A stretch of DNA of 64,000 bases from Shigella phage Sf16: sequence record MF158043, one strand, 5' to 3'. Positions 51,006 to 61,796 of the stretch are shown piece by piece. The position numbers and the translations under genes were made by a program. The notes beneath the pieces are model-generated. The model was not told the origin of the DNA, made no database searches, and worked only from the letters and a program-made list of their open reading frames with translations. Position 1 is the stretch's first letter, and every line of letters starts with the position of its first letter.

Positions 51006-51272
51006 TCAATAAAATAAATCTGAAGCTTTTGAATTTACAGGATTCAAAGAACCTTCGTAATGTTCTTCATAACCCTCTTGGCAGATATTATACAGTTCTT
51101 TGAATCGGGTTTCATCAACTGGTTTAACATCTTTCTTAGCGCATAAGAAGAGATACCAATCATACCCCAAATCTCTGCACCAAGCCTCTGAGACAAAAGC
51201 TATTGATTTGTCTTCGCTCTTGAAGATTACTAAAGCTTCTTGCTCTTTATTGCTCATTTTTGGTGTCTCCAA
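51006..51272 (-). CDS. hypothetical protein
   Basis: ORF track. Confidence 0.45.
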   Translation of the reverse strand: METPKMSNKEQEALVIFKSEDKSIAFVSEAWCRDLGYDWYLFLCAKKDVKPVDETRFKELYNICQEGYEEHYEGSLNPVNSKASDLFY

Positions 51273-51463
51273 AATTCAATATCAATAAGTTCCTGTGCAA
51301 TACTCTTCAGATTCCCTTTCAAGAAAACCTTTTCAGAGTTAGGTAGGCTTGCATTATCAATGAGTCTATTCATTCTGTCAAAAAGAGTTTTCTTCCGATT
51401 CTTGATAGTCTCTTTTGAAGCCCCTTGCATCATGGCAAGATGAGTTCTTCCACGATGGCTCAT
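51254..51463 (-). CDS. hypothetical protein
   Basis: ORF track. Confidence 0.4.
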   Translation of the reverse strand: MSHRGRTHLAMMQGASKETIKNRKKTLFDRMNRLIDNASLPNSEKVFLKGNLKSIAQELIDIEFWRHQK

Positions 51464-51660
51464 AGACGTTCACCTTTAAGGTAGCCTGTCTTATCCTTGA
51501 TAATCTTGCCCCCAGCGATAAAAATATCAACCTTGAAAAGATTTTCATTAGAAAGCTTGAGGTGCTTATGGCTACTGCAAATGATGATGCACATAGATTC
51601 AATCTCACTTTGAGAGTATCCAGCACATTGCAGTTGAACTTCAATTTCTGAAATAGTCAT
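51460..51660 (-). CDS. hypothetical protein
   Basis: ORF track. Confidence 0.4.
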   Translation of the reverse strand: MTISEIEVQLQCAGYSQSEIESMCIIICSSHKHLKLSNENLFKVDIFIAGGKIIKDKTGYLKGERL

Positions 51661-51721
51661 ACAAGTCTCCTATACAATATAGAGTATAAGGTACTCTTCC
51701 ATGAGCACCTTGTCAACACTA

Positions 51722-54421
51722 TTAGTGGACTTCAAGCCACGATTTACCAACTTTCCCTGCACCTGTGACCAATGTCTCTTTTCTTAGCCCAAGGTTCTTA
51801 GATGCTTGACCATAATACCAGTCAGTTACTGCTTTCACATCTGCTGTCATGCTCTCTGGACATTCCCAGCTTGTTTCATCGTGGTAAGCACAGAGTAAGC
51901 GAGCACCAATAGCTGGTTTACGACCATTCAACTTCATCAAACCTTCGTCAATCATACGACGACATGCAAGGTTGATTGCTTCATTCTGAACTTGTGCTTC
52001 TGAACCCATCAGCAAATAGTTCAAGAGTTTGTGTGGAGACTTACACCACAGCCAAGCCCCAGCAACCTTCACAAAACCACCTTTAGAGATTGCAGCAGTC
52101 TTACCAAACACCTCTTCAAGTGCTTTCTTAGTTGCTTTGAAATCAGCTTCCAAGTTGTCTAACAGTTTCTTAATCTTCGGTAAACGCACAAAGTAAGTCT
52201 GCTTAGTCAATGCACCTTCCTGAGTAGTTGCTGCTTTAATTGTTTTAGCAAACTTCTCATCACCTGCACCGAACAACAGGGCATAGATACCATTCTTAGC
52301 TTTCTTACGTCCCTTGCTAATCTCATGAAGAAGATTCTCATCCTGAGTAGCACGACAAGTCAAGATATCTTGCTCATCATTAAGGCTGAAGTAGATACTG
52401 TTCAGAGTGTGAGCATCAGTCCCTGAGTAAACTACGTACAAATCGTTTTCAGAGTCATAACGCAGATACTTGTCAATCTCTGGATTCAGATACTGGTCAA
52501 AGTGTTTGCAGTAGTATCTTCCATCCTCTTGACGAACAAACTCAATCTCTTCTTTACCCTCTGTTACCGCTTTGGTGAAGTCTTTATCACCCATGAAGTT
52601 ACAGAGTAGTACAAGCTGTGCAGAGTTCATATCAACAGATACTACGTTGGTTCCCTCTTCACAAATCCACACTGCCCTCATTGGCTCACCGTAAACAGCA
52701 GCACCAGAAGGTACGTTTACAATACCATACTGAGTCATACGTCCAGTAGAAGTACCAAACACCATTGCACCTGCACTCAAACGACCATCTGGACGAATCT
52801 GGTTCAGCCAACCTTTCTCATCATCCTTTGAGTTCTCAATAGTCCTGCGTCGGTGCATCAAAGTATAGTACTTCGCAATCTTCTGTCCAAGCTCACCTTC
52901 GATTGTATCATAAGAAGACTCTGTAAGCTTTGGTGAAGTCCTAATCAAGCAAGGTTCAAGCACATCTGTGTACTTCTTAACAGACCAGTTATGCTCGATG
53001 TAATAGACACCTTCATGCTCAATATAGTTCAACCCACAACGCTCAACCATCTCATCCCACTTAGGATGTTTGTGAATCATCTTTTTGTTGTCTTTGAATC
53101 TGCAAACCTTGATAGGACGACCATCAGAATCTTTTTTATAGTTCCAATCATCAGGAATCCAGCCAACGGATTTTAAGTAATCCTTCACCACAGCTACCTG
53201 AGTCATTCGTGAAACTTCAAACTCAATTGGTGTGAATGGTGCATCAATCAAACCAGTGTAGCGACTAGACTCTAACTCAAAGTGATTAACAACGTGAACG
53301 TTGTAGTACTTCACAGTTTTCACAGTCTTAACTGGCTTCCAATCTTTACACTTCTTGCCAATCTTCTCATTCAGTTCATTACAAACTGCACGAGCATCTT
53401 TCATTGCTACAAAACCTTCAGGGTACTCTTCTTTTGTGACCGTGTTAGTTGGAGTGTAGCAGTTGCGTTTCTCAACATTAAAAATCTTTGTAGTTGGCTT
53501 ACCATATGGCTTAATAGGGTACTGCTTCAACTCACCTTCACGCATCTGTTCACGATACTTTGTCTTAGGGTACTTGGTAATCCTTTTCAAACCATCGACG
53601 TGACCAAATGTATCTACATACTCGTTCCAAGACTTGGCAAATTCTTCACCTGTGACTTTACCTTTTGTCTTAATAGTTGGTGGAAGGTGTGGTTCAACCT
53701 CAGCAGCCAACTCATTAGTTAACTTGTCAAGCTCTTTAACGTGGAACTGCATAAGCTCTACATCAGCTTTCCAACCGTTGATAGCTTGCTGACTCATCCA
53801 GAAAGATGTTTCTTTAGCTCGCATGTAGGTTTCATAAGTATCCACGCCACACTTCTTAAGCTTGAGATACTCATTGTCAAGAGCACGTTTAGTTTTGGCG
53901 TTAATCTTAATATCTTCTACAACACGAGTAAGAATCTCTGCATTCCAGACACCCCACTCTTCAATCTCTGGTTTACGGACACCTACACGAGCACCCCATG
54001 CAGCCAAACCATGAGCACCTTTGTAACCTTTTGGCGTAGGTCTATCCATCCACTGTACGCGAGATTGGATAAGTGAATCCTGAAAGAAGTCACTCCAAGG
54101 CTTACACTTAGGATTCTCAAAGTTCCACAGGTCAGGTGCAATGTGATTAAACACCCACCAGTCATAACCAAGACCATTGTGGATACAAAGACGTTTAGCT
54201 TTCAGTGCAAACTCAACACCTTCACGCAGACCACCTTTGATGTATTTTGTATACTTGTGACCAAGAATAGGCTCATCAGTGAAAACCCACACAGCAGGTT
54301 CATCACTGTCATCTTTATAGTCTGCGAAAGCCATTACGTGTGCTTTTGTAAACTCAAGGAGCAACCCATCAGTTTCTGTATCACCAACCAAATGTAATTT
54401 TTCGAAATCTACATTGTCCAT
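51722..54421 (-). CDS. DNA polymerase, family A with 3'-5' exonuclease domain
   Basis: Exo I DTETDGL; motif B RKKAKNGIYALLFGAG; motif C YHDE. Confidence 0.9.
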   Translation of the reverse strand: MDNVDFEKLHLVGDTETDGLLLEFTKAHVMAFADYKDDSDEPAVWVFTDEPILGHKYTKYIKGGLREGVEFALKAKRLCIHNGLGYDWWVFNHIAPDLWNFENPKCKPWSDFFQDSLIQSRVQWMDRPTPKGYKGAHGLAAWGARVGVRKPEIEEWGVWNAEILTRVVEDIKINAKTKRALDNEYLKLKKCGVDTYETYMRAKETSFWMSQQAINGWKADVELMQFHVKELDKLTNELAAEVEPHLPPTIKTKGKVTGEEFAKSWNEYVDTFGHVDGLKRITKYPKTKYREQMREGELKQYPIKPYGKPTTKIFNVEKRNCYTPTNTVTKEEYPEGFVAMKDARAVCNELNEKIGKKCKDWKPVKTVKTVKYYNVHVVNHFELESSRYTGLIDAPFTPIEFEVSRMTQVAVVKDYLKSVGWIPDDWNYKKDSDGRPIKVCRFKDNKKMIHKHPKWDEMVERCGLNYIEHEGVYYIEHNWSVKKYTDVLEPCLIRTSPKLTESSYDTIEGELGQKIAKYYTLMHRRRTIENSKDDEKGWLNQIRPDGRLSAGAMVFGTSTGRMTQYGIVNVPSGAAVYGEPMRAVWICEEGTNVVSVDMNSAQLVLLCNFMGDKDFTKAVTEGKEEIEFVRQEDGRYYCKHFDQYLNPEIDKYLRYDSENDLYVVYSGTDAHTLNSIYFSLNDEQDILTCRATQDENLLHEISKGRKKAKNGIYALLFGAGDEKFAKTIKAATTQEGALTKQTYFVRLPKIKKLLDNLEADFKATKKALEEVFGKTAAISKGGFVKVAGAWLWCKSPHKLLNYLLMGSEAQVQNEAINLACRRMIDEGLMKLNGRKPAIGARLLCAYHDETSWECPESMTADVKAVTDWYYGQASKNLGLRKETLVTGAGKVGKSWLEVH

Positions 54422-54680
54422 TTTTACTCCCTCTCAAATCATTCTGGATAATACCCTACAGCAATTTTCTGCAAAAAGCAAGTTGACAAACTGCTTGACA
54501 AGGTGTTAGTCTTTTCGAAGTGGGTTTTATCTTAATAGACTCCCTTTATAGATTAACTATACAGTTTCTTTAAAAGTCTTAAAAGATTTTTAATAGCTTT
54601 TAAAAAGCTTTAAAGTTATATGTATAACATACATAAAGATAAGAGATTAAAATCTTTATAGATACTTAACAGAGGCAATC

Positions 54681-55121
54681 ATGCAGAGGATGTACGTTCA
54701 CCCAGATATCAATAACCTTGTCCAAGCTTTAGAAAGAGTTGAAGCACTTTACATTGAGGCTCAGAAGGAGTATGCTTATCAACATCGTCGAATGGTTGAT
54801 GTTCAGCATGAGATAGAACTATCAAGTGGATACGACGAAGGTTTAAAGTGTTCTGTATTTGAGCACATGAAAGAGATATCTTCAGAAAGACGTAAAGCGA
54901 AAGACACAATCTTTTTGATAGATACCTTAAAAAATAAGTTGCAAAATGGAACGGACTTAGATAGTCTATCCCAACTGCTTCAGGATGCAGAGAATACGTG
55001 GGACAGAAATTACTTCCCACGGTCTGAAAAAGGACTTGACTTCTCTTCACAAGAAAGCTTAAGATTATCACGACTTACTATTAACAAAATGAGAGAGATT
55101 AAAGATGAAAACTGTAAATGA
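54681..55121 (+). CDS. hypothetical protein
   Basis: ORF track. Confidence 0.5.
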   Translation: MQRMYVHPDINNLVQALERVEALYIEAQKEYAYQHRRMVDVQHEIELSSGYDEGLKCSVFEHMKEISSERRKAKDTIFLIDTLKNKLQNGTDLDSLSQLLQDAENTWDRNYFPRSEKGLDFSSQESLRLSRLTINKMREIKDENCK

Positions 55122-55899
55122 GATTCTGGAAGAAAAAGGTATTGACGAAGCATTCATGCTGAACACTGTTGAGACTCTTGCTATCATTATGCGTAGCAAC
55201 TCACTGTCAGGAAAATTTATCCCTGAATCTCTGCGTGTTGTAAAAAACGCTGTAGAGAATGACGAAGATTTCCGTAAAGAGGTTGAATACCTGCTGGCTA
55301 ATAAGACTGATGCTCTGAAAACCATCCTCATCGGTGTTGATGCTTTTGCAACATACATCTTTGATGAAATGTATTCAGGTGGATACATCCAGATTACTGA
55401 GCAGGGTATTAAAGAGCTCGATAACATGAGTGATGAAGACCTTCTGAAAGCTATTTGTACGCCAGTTGCTGCTGTAATGGCATCGCTAGAGAAGCGTATG
55501 AATGATAAGTCACCACGTTATGCAAAACTGGATTGGGGTTTTGATGAAGTCTCTGACAAGGCAATTCAGTATGCTGATGAGACAATGAATAAGCTGTCAG
55601 AGATTACTAATGGTCTCTCTCTAGACCCTATTCAGGTTAAAGTAACTTCAATGTTAAATGCCATCTTTAGTATCATGGGTATCCATGCTTTACTTGAAGT
55701 GTCAAAAATGTTAGAGTCTGACCCAAGCTTTGTAGAGAGCATGTCACAAGGTGCTCATACAGCAGCACTCGGAGAAGTATTTAGTCAAACTGGTGCAGCA
55801 GTTCTTAGCACCAAGATTGCAATCAACTTTGGTGAAGAGTTTGTTCAGCAGCTAGAAGCAATGTCTGAGCGTGAACTATCTGGTTCTAAACTACAATAA
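55105..55899 (+). CDS. hypothetical protein
   Basis: ORF track. Confidence 0.5.
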   Translation: MKTVNEILEEKGIDEAFMLNTVETLAIIMRSNSLSGKFIPESLRVVKNAVENDEDFRKEVEYLLANKTDALKTILIGVDAFATYIFDEMYSGGYIQITEQGIKELDNMSDEDLLKAICTPVAAVMASLEKRMNDKSPRYAKLDWGFDEVSDKAIQYADETMNKLSEITNGLSLDPIQVKVTSMLNAIFSIMGIHALLEVSKMLESDPSFVESMSQGAHTAALGEVFSQTGAAVLSTKIAINFGEEFVQQLEAMSERELSGSKLQ

Positions 55900-55912
55900 T
55901 TGTGGCATACCC

Positions 55913-55940
55913 TTAAGCCTCCTTAATTGGGGGCTTTTTA
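55913..55940 (+). terminator. terminator-like hairpin
   Basis: AGCCTCC-TTAATT-GGGGGCT followed by TTTTATT. Confidence 0.5.
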
Positions 55941-55956
55941 TTATGGAGTGACTGAT

Positions 55957-56697
55957 ATGAAAAGTGTTATTGCATTTACTGGAAAGGCTCGTTCTGGAAA
56001 GGATACATCTTGCAGCATTGTAAAAAATCTATTGAATGAGGCTGGATACACTGTTAAAGTGTTTGCGTTTGCCGATAACTTAAAAGCAACTGCTGGGTTT
56101 ATCTTTGACTTGAACTGGCAAGACCTATATGGTGATACGAAAGAAACACCTAAAAAGTTTAGCTTAGATTTTGACAATCTTAACTCCCGTGTGGCATGGG
56201 CTTTCCAGTTAAACATGAAAAGTAAGGGCATCCATGAAGATGCAAAACTTTGTGGTGAAATCACAGACAGGCTTATCAAAGAGCTAAAGAAAGTTGGTAA
56301 ACCTACATTGCTTACAAAGCTTGGTTTGAAAAATGAATATATGATTTCCTCAAGACAAATACAGCAAGTCTGGGGTAGTGAGGTTATCCGTAAAATTCTT
56401 GGAGAGCGTTTCTGGATTACAGATTTGGCAGAACGTATTGAAAAATTCTATGGTGATTGCGTTAAGAAAAGTCACATAGGTATTGCACTGGTATGTGATT
56501 TAAGGTTTGATATTGAAGCTGAGTTCCTTCAAAGCTATGATAGCCAGATAATTGAGATTACAAGAAAAGATGCTATTCAGGTGGCTTCCCATAGCTCTGA
56601 ACGTGGTATTTCCACTAACTTCTCTCGTGATATTATCCAGAATAATGGAACGATGGAAGAATTAGAGAGTAAACTTAAAACCATTATCAATCTGTAA
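55957..56697 (+). CDS. deoxynucleoside monophosphate kinase (T4 gp1-like)
   Basis: MKSVIAFTGKARSGKDT resembles the T4 dNMP kinase N-terminus; start moved to internal Met with GGAG RBS. Confidence 0.6.
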   Translation: MKSVIAFTGKARSGKDTSCSIVKNLLNEAGYTVKVFAFADNLKATAGFIFDLNWQDLYGDTKETPKKFSLDFDNLNSRVAWAFQLNMKSKGIHEDAKLCGEITDRLIKELKKVGKPTLLTKLGLKNEYMISSRQIQQVWGSEVIRKILGERFWITDLAERIEKFYGDCVKKSHIGIALVCDLRFDIEAEFLQSYDSQIIEITRKDAIQVASHSSERGISTNFSRDIIQNNGTMEELESKLKTIINL

Positions 56698-56700
56698 AAG

Positions 56701-56901
56701 GTGTTGAAGATGAGAGAGAATAATTTTAAAGTAATTGACCACCGTACAGTGGAACTCTCATCTCTTTCCAAAGAAGTTATGATGGAGCGACTTGAAAGGG
56801 TCGCTTCAAGAAGGAAAGAGATTGCAGAAGAAATCCATGAGCTTGATAAGATTGAAAACGGTCTTAAGGCAGAACTACAACGAAGAGGTGTGAATGGCTA
56901 A
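56701..56901 (+). CDS. hypothetical protein
   Basis: ORF track. Confidence 0.4.
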   Translation: MLKMRENNFKVIDHRTVELSSLSKEVMMERLERVASRRKEIAEEIHELDKIENGLKAELQRRGVNG

Positions 56902-58885
56902 ACAGAGAAAACTGAAAGATGCTGGAACATTTGTAGGTCACTGTGCATGTCCACGCCCTCAATGTTTATCTTCAGATGCAGGTTCTATATATCGTCATGA
57001 TGACGGTTCGTATTCAATGACATGTTTCAGTTGTGGAAAAGGTTTTCCAGAGTGGGATTTTGATAAAGGGCAGATTGTGAGCACTCATACTTCAGGTTCA
57101 GAGAATAAAAACCGTACATTTCGTGGTATGGATTTGGATGATGTGAAAGAAAACCTAGAAGCAATGGATTTAAAAGACAGGAAGATTCCTGCAAAAGTCC
57201 TTGAGCGTCTTGGTATTAAAGTTGATATTGATGACAATGGTGATATTGATGCACATTTCTATCCAACATACAAAAAGGATGAAGATGGTAAGTTGCAACA
57301 TGTAGGTTATCGTGTTCGTCACAAATATCCAGATGACTATCACAAAGAGCACTTACGTGGGAAGTTGAAAGACTTTTCTGGTGGTGTTGGAGATATTAAA
57401 GGTGAACTGGCTATGTTCGGTTCATGGATTGCTCCAGAAGGTGGTAACCGTCTTTTCATCTGGGAAGGTGAGATGGAATGTGCTACAGCAATCTACATGA
57501 CTTCTTTAGCAATTAAAGATAAGTCTAGACGTAAGAATTACTGCCACGTTTCTGTACCATCTGGTGCTAATGTTAAGTCTATCAAGGAGAACTATCAGTA
57601 TATTACTTCCTTTGATGAGATTTACCTATGCTTTGATAATGATGAAGCAGGTGCTAAAGCAACTAAGGAAGCTGCTGGTATCTTACCTATTGAGAAAGTA
57701 AGACTGTTCCAGTATCCTGAAGGTATTAAAGACCTTAGTGAGTGGTGGACTAAGTTCTTCAAAGATAAAGATACAGTCTTAGAAGGATTTAAACAACGAA
57801 TCTACAATGCACCTCGTTACTGCCCTGCTGGTATCAAGAACTTTGCAGACGGTTTCGACGCTATGAAGAATCGTGGTCAGATTCCTTTAATTCCTTTCCC
57901 AGATTCTTTCGGGGATTTGAATAAGCTGACTTATGGCGGGTATGGTTTAGGTGAGATTACAACCCTTGCTGCACCTTCATCTGTAGGTAAATCTGCATAT
58001 ACTCGTGAAATGATTTACAAGGCATGGAAAGATACTGAGTACAACATCGGTGTAATTCCTGTAGAAGATACTTACGAAGAACTTATGGAAATGCTCTGTG
58101 CAATCCATCTTAGTAAGCAGATTTCAGAGATTCCTTATGATGAACGTAATTGGGATGAGATTAAGGTTGCACATGCTGAGTTGTCAAAGGGTCGTCGTAT
58201 TCACATCGTAGACCACCAAGGGGCAATTGACCAAGATAACCTGCTGGAGTTTGTTGACTATCTGGTTAACAGTCTCGATTGTAAGATTATCATCCTTGAC
58301 CCTATTACATTGGCACTGTCACGCTCTGATACAGATGAAGAAGAAGTTCTGTCTGAGTTACTTCGTCGCTGTAAGCGTTATCAGTATGCTCAGGTAAACG
58401 TATGTCACGTTCGTAAGAGTGCAGGTGGTCAAAAGGCCAACTCTGAAGGTGGTGATATTTCTGAAGAAGATATCAAGGGTTCTGGTGCATACTTCCAGAT
58501 TTCCATGAACAACATTTTGCTTATGCGTAACAAGGTTGACCCAGACCCTGTTAAAAAGAACTTGACAAAAATCAAGCTAACAAAATGTCGCCGTCATGGT
58601 AAGTCAACTGGTATTGCTGGTCACACTTGGTATAATCCAGATACAGGTCGTCTTGTAAAGGCTGCTGGATGTGGTGTTGATATTGATGGTGCAGCAGAGA
58701 ATATTCGTCAGCAGTTTGGTATTGGTGAGGCTGAAGACCATTATGATGACTCTATGCCACACTATGAAGATGTTGATTTTGACCGTGAATCTGGAGAGAT
58801 TTACACACAAGAACAACGTGAAAGTTCCACCATTCCACCTGTGATTAACGAGGATAATGATGACTGTCCGTTCGAAACTGATTGA
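56894..58885 (+). CDS. DNA primase-helicase (T7 gp4-like)
   Basis: N-terminal Cys4 zinc ribbon; Walker A APSSVGKSAYT in C-terminal half. Confidence 0.85.
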   Translation: MAKQRKLKDAGTFVGHCACPRPQCLSSDAGSIYRHDDGSYSMTCFSCGKGFPEWDFDKGQIVSTHTSGSENKNRTFRGMDLDDVKENLEAMDLKDRKIPAKVLERLGIKVDIDDNGDIDAHFYPTYKKDEDGKLQHVGYRVRHKYPDDYHKEHLRGKLKDFSGGVGDIKGELAMFGSWIAPEGGNRLFIWEGEMECATAIYMTSLAIKDKSRRKNYCHVSVPSGANVKSIKENYQYITSFDEIYLCFDNDEAGAKATKEAAGILPIEKVRLFQYPEGIKDLSEWWTKFFKDKDTVLEGFKQRIYNAPRYCPAGIKNFADGFDAMKNRGQIPLIPFPDSFGDLNKLTYGGYGLGEITTLAAPSSVGKSAYTREMIYKAWKDTEYNIGVIPVEDTYEELMEMLCAIHLSKQISEIPYDERNWDEIKVAHAELSKGRRIHIVDHQGAIDQDNLLEFVDYLVNSLDCKIIILDPITLALSRSDTDEEEVLSELLRRCKRYQYAQVNVCHVRKSAGGQKANSEGGDISEEDIKGSGAYFQISMNNILLMRNKVDPDPVKKNLTKIKLTKCRRHGKSTGIAGHTWYNPDTGRLVKAAGCGVDIDGAAENIRQQFGIGEAEDHYDDSMPHYEDVDFDRESGEIYTQEQRESSTIPPVINEDNDDCPFETD

Positions 58886-59138
58886 TAGTTATCTGAAGGA
58901 GGGTTTTGAACCCTTCTATTCAGAAAAAAGCAGAGAAAAATTTGTAAAAGAGTGCTTGACTAAGATAGAGCAGTTCGGTAAAGTACTCATCAACAAGGGA
59001 CATGAAGTAAAGTTTGAACACTTATCAAAAGATAATGTTGAGCAATTTGCATTAGCGATTGATGGGTTATCTACAGTTTACATCTTTACCTTGACTAATA
59101 AACATTTTGAATATGAAATATATCGGAGAGATTCATGA
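58857..59138 (+). CDS. hypothetical protein
   Basis: ORF track. Confidence 0.4.
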   Translation: MMTVRSKLIDSYLKEGFEPFYSEKSREKFVKECLTKIEQFGKVLINKGHEVKFEHLSKDNVEQFALAIDGLSTVYIFTLTNKHFEYEIYRRDS

Positions 59139-59272
59139 AACATTCTAAAGCATTCGAGAAAGTATTTGGCGATTCCATGAAAGCAACTGCTGGTAAATCT
59201 GCTGAACACTATGTACAGAAGCGAGTTCGTACAGGTAAGACGGCTCGTAAAGCAGCTAAGAAATCTGCTTAA
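59137..59272 (+). CDS. small basic protein (about 45 aa)
   Basis: Translated by eye (MKHSKAFEK...KKSA); below ORF-track cutoff. Confidence 0.3.
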
Positions 59273-59277
59273 AGTAT

Positions 59278-59314
59278 TTGACAAGGGAGTACGAAGTCTG
59301 TAAGATTGTACTCC
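59278..59314 (+). promoter_or_regulatory. sigma70-like promoter overlapped by 7-bp inverted repeat
   Basis: TTGACA-N17-TAAGAT; GGAGTAC (59286-59292) and GTACTCC (59308-59314) bracket the -10. Confidence 0.45.
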
Positions 59315-59357
59315 TTGATAGTTGAGTTGAAAGTTAATTTGAGAAAGAGGTATTAAA

Positions 59358-60218
59358 ATGTCTAAAGTTGTTAAAATGAAAGCTCCGGTAGAGAAGTACA
59401 ATGGTCAAGAACGTGAGACTCTTCGTTACCTGCTGAAAGATGTTTGGTTCTATTACCTGAACACTATTCCACGTCCTCAAAAGGGTAAATCTGTGGATAA
59501 GCATTTTCCGGGCAAAGATTGTAACTACAGCGTTTCAATTCTGGCAAAAGATGGTAACAAGCTCTTTAAAGAGTTCACCAAATCCAAGCGCAACACTGAA
59601 GGTTGGGATAAAGTTACTACAGAGGCTGTTGATGCAGATGACTTCGAAGAGAAGTTTGGTTGTGAGCCTCCGTTTGAAGCTGAAACTTATCACATCCTGA
59701 AGGTTAGCCGTTCAGCAGCATATAAAGACGGTGCTGTGTGGTCAGCAAAACAGAGTTTCCCTGTAATGCTGGTTGAAGAAATCAATGGTAAGCGTGTTGC
59801 AGTTAAGCAGCCTATGAAGAAAATCAAGGCAGCAAAATCTGATAAGCACGATGATGATAAGACTTACGATGTAATTCATCCAGATATTGCAGTTGGTAAC
59901 GGTTCATTTGGTAGTGTGATTCTGGCGACTCACTTCTACACATTTGAAGGTAACGTTCTGACTAAGCCAATTCAGGAACAATTTATCATTGATACTCTGG
60001 TTCCTTACACTGGTGGTACTGGTGGTGCTACTGAGACTGAACTGGATGAAGATGAACTGGCAATGCTTGGCCTTGCAGGTGTTGAAGACAACGGTGAAAT
60101 CACTGAAGAAGATGCAAAAGATTCTGGTGATGAAGGTAAAGGTGGTGATGACGATGACGACGACCTGCCAAACCCAGATGATGACGACGAAGATGATTTC
60201 GAAACTGACGACGAGTAA
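59358..60218 (+). CDS. single-stranded DNA-binding protein (T7 gp2.5-like, putative)
   Basis: Strongly acidic C-terminal tail DDDDDDLPNPDDDDEDDFETDDE; position in replication module. Confidence 0.55.
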   Translation: MSKVVKMKAPVEKYNGQERETLRYLLKDVWFYYLNTIPRPQKGKSVDKHFPGKDCNYSVSILAKDGNKLFKEFTKSKRNTEGWDKVTTEAVDADDFEEKFGCEPPFEAETYHILKVSRSAAYKDGAVWSAKQSFPVMLVEEINGKRVAVKQPMKKIKAAKSDKHDDDKTYDVIHPDIAVGNGSFGSVILATHFYTFEGNVLTKPIQEQFIIDTLVPYTGGTGGATETELDEDELAMLGLAGVEDNGEITEEDAKDSGDEGKGGDDDDDDLPNPDDDDEDDFETDDE

Positions 60219-60236
60219 TAGTCAGTAACTACTACA

Positions 60237-60268
60237 AAGCCCTGTACAGACGTATGGGGCTTTTTCGT
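60237..60268 (+). terminator. terminator-like hairpin
   Basis: AGCCC...GGGGC then TTTTT; loop rather large. Confidence 0.45.
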
Positions 60269-60280
60269 ATGGAGAGTACA

Positions 60281-61327
60281 ATGGAACAATACACCTTAAC
60301 AAAGCTCCCAGAGAGCGTTACACACGTCTTTATTGACTCTGATAGCATTGCTTACAAAGGTGCTTGTGTAGTTGAAAAAGCAAAGTACAAGTATGTGAAT
60401 AAAATCACTGCTGAAGAATCCGATGCTTTTGATAGTGCAAAACTGGCAGCACAATGGTTGTCTGACCAAAGAGTTTTAACTGAAGAGTTAGGACTTGACT
60501 TTGATGAAGATGAATGGGAAAGACAGACTTGGAAGGAAGCTAAAAGTGAAGCTGAAGCAATTATGGCTACACAGCAAGTTCTTCAGGAGTGGTTGAAAGT
60601 CGTTGGTAAAGAACGCAAATGGATGGGTTACCTTACTGAGAAAGGTGTTCACAAACACAAGGATATCAAAGGTCTTGAACACCAATATCAAGGTAACAGA
60701 AAAGAAGCTGTCACACCTACACACCTAGTTGCTTGTCGTGAGTATCTTCTGTCACGACCAGAGTTTAAGCTCCTAAAAGGGGGCTTCGAAGCAGACTCTA
60801 TCGTTATTGCAAAAGCTGAGAAGATGGGTAAAAAAGCTGCTCTGATGAGTATTGATAAAGACCTTCGTCAAGCTGAAGGAACTTACTGTATTGATATGAC
60901 TTATGAGAAAGCTCCATTAATTTTCATTGCAGATAATAACGTTGGTGAGATTTGGGATTGCCCTATCAAATCTAAACCGAAAGCTAAGAAGACAGTCGGA
61001 GTGGGTTTTAAATTCCTCTGCTATCAAGCTGTAGCAGGTGATAATGCAGACAACTACTTCGGTTTAAAAGGTGCTGGTAAGGTTGCGGTGATGAATGCAC
61101 TGGAAGGTAAGACTACCTATAAAGAGTGCTTAGATGCAATCTATGAACTTTATGCTAAGAAAGACTCTTACACTTATGAATCGTGGGATGGTCAGATTGT
61201 GACAAGAACTCCACTAGAACTAATGGAGCAGCACTTCTGGATTGCATACCAAGAAAGAAATCCTAAAGATGATTTCACTTTTGATAAGTACGGGTGGACA
61301 CCAAATGCTAACTCAACAAACTCTTAA
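60281..61327 (+). CDS. 5'-3' exonuclease (T7 gp6-like)
   Basis: SIDKDL and GDNADNYFGLKGAG resemble T7 gp6 segments; start set at MEQYT after GGAGAG RBS. Confidence 0.6.
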   Translation: MEQYTLTKLPESVTHVFIDSDSIAYKGACVVEKAKYKYVNKITAEESDAFDSAKLAAQWLSDQRVLTEELGLDFDEDEWERQTWKEAKSEAEAIMATQQVLQEWLKVVGKERKWMGYLTEKGVHKHKDIKGLEHQYQGNRKEAVTPTHLVACREYLLSRPEFKLLKGGFEADSIVIAKAEKMGKKAALMSIDKDLRQAEGTYCIDMTYEKAPLIFIADNNVGEIWDCPIKSKPKAKKTVGVGFKFLCYQAVAGDNADNYFGLKGAGKVAVMNALEGKTTYKECLDAIYELYAKKDSYTYESWDGQIVTRTPLELMEQHFWIAYQERNPKDDFTFDKYGWTPNANSTNS

Positions 61328-61796
61328 AGAATACCTACACTATGACCCCGAAACAGGGGTCTTTACTTGGCTTAAAAAGTCAGCTAAACGTACAAAGATT
61401 GGCTCTATAGCGGGTACGAATTTAAAAGGCTATATTAGAATCTACTTGTTTGGTAAAGGTTACTATGCACATTCACTAGCTGTACTTTATATGGAAGGTT
61501 ATCTTCCTGAATGTGTTGACCACAAAAATCATGTAACATTGGATAACCGTTGGACTAACCTAAGAGCTTGTACTCTTTCTGAAAACCAATGTAATAGGTT
61601 ACTTAACAAGAATAATAAATCTGGTGTCAAAGGGGTGTACTTCCATAAAAAGTATCAAAAATGGTCTACACAAATCACTTTCAAAAAGAAAGTTTATTTC
61701 TTTGGCAATTATGACACTATTGAGGAAGCAGCAGAAGTTGTAAACAGAGAAAGGTTACGTTTACATAAAGAGTTTGCTAATAAAGGTGATAAATGA
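61305..61796 (+). CDS. HNH homing endonuclease with AP2-like DNA-binding domain
   Basis: CVDHKNH...NRWTNLR HNH motif; GVKGVYFHKKYQKWSTQITF AP2-like segment; start approximate. Confidence 0.6.
   Translation: MLTQQTLKEYLHYDPETGVFTWLKKSAKRTKIGSIAGTNLKGYIRIYLFGKGYYAHSLAVLYMEGYLPECVDHKNHVTLDNRWTNLRACTLSENQCNRLLNKNNKSGVKGVYFHKKYQKWSTQITFKKKVYFFGNYDTIEEAAEVVNRERLRLHKEFANKGDK

Noticed and set aside
52991-54397. Plus-strand ORFs opposite the DNA polymerase gene
   Set aside because: Antisense to a 899-aa polymerase with intact motifs
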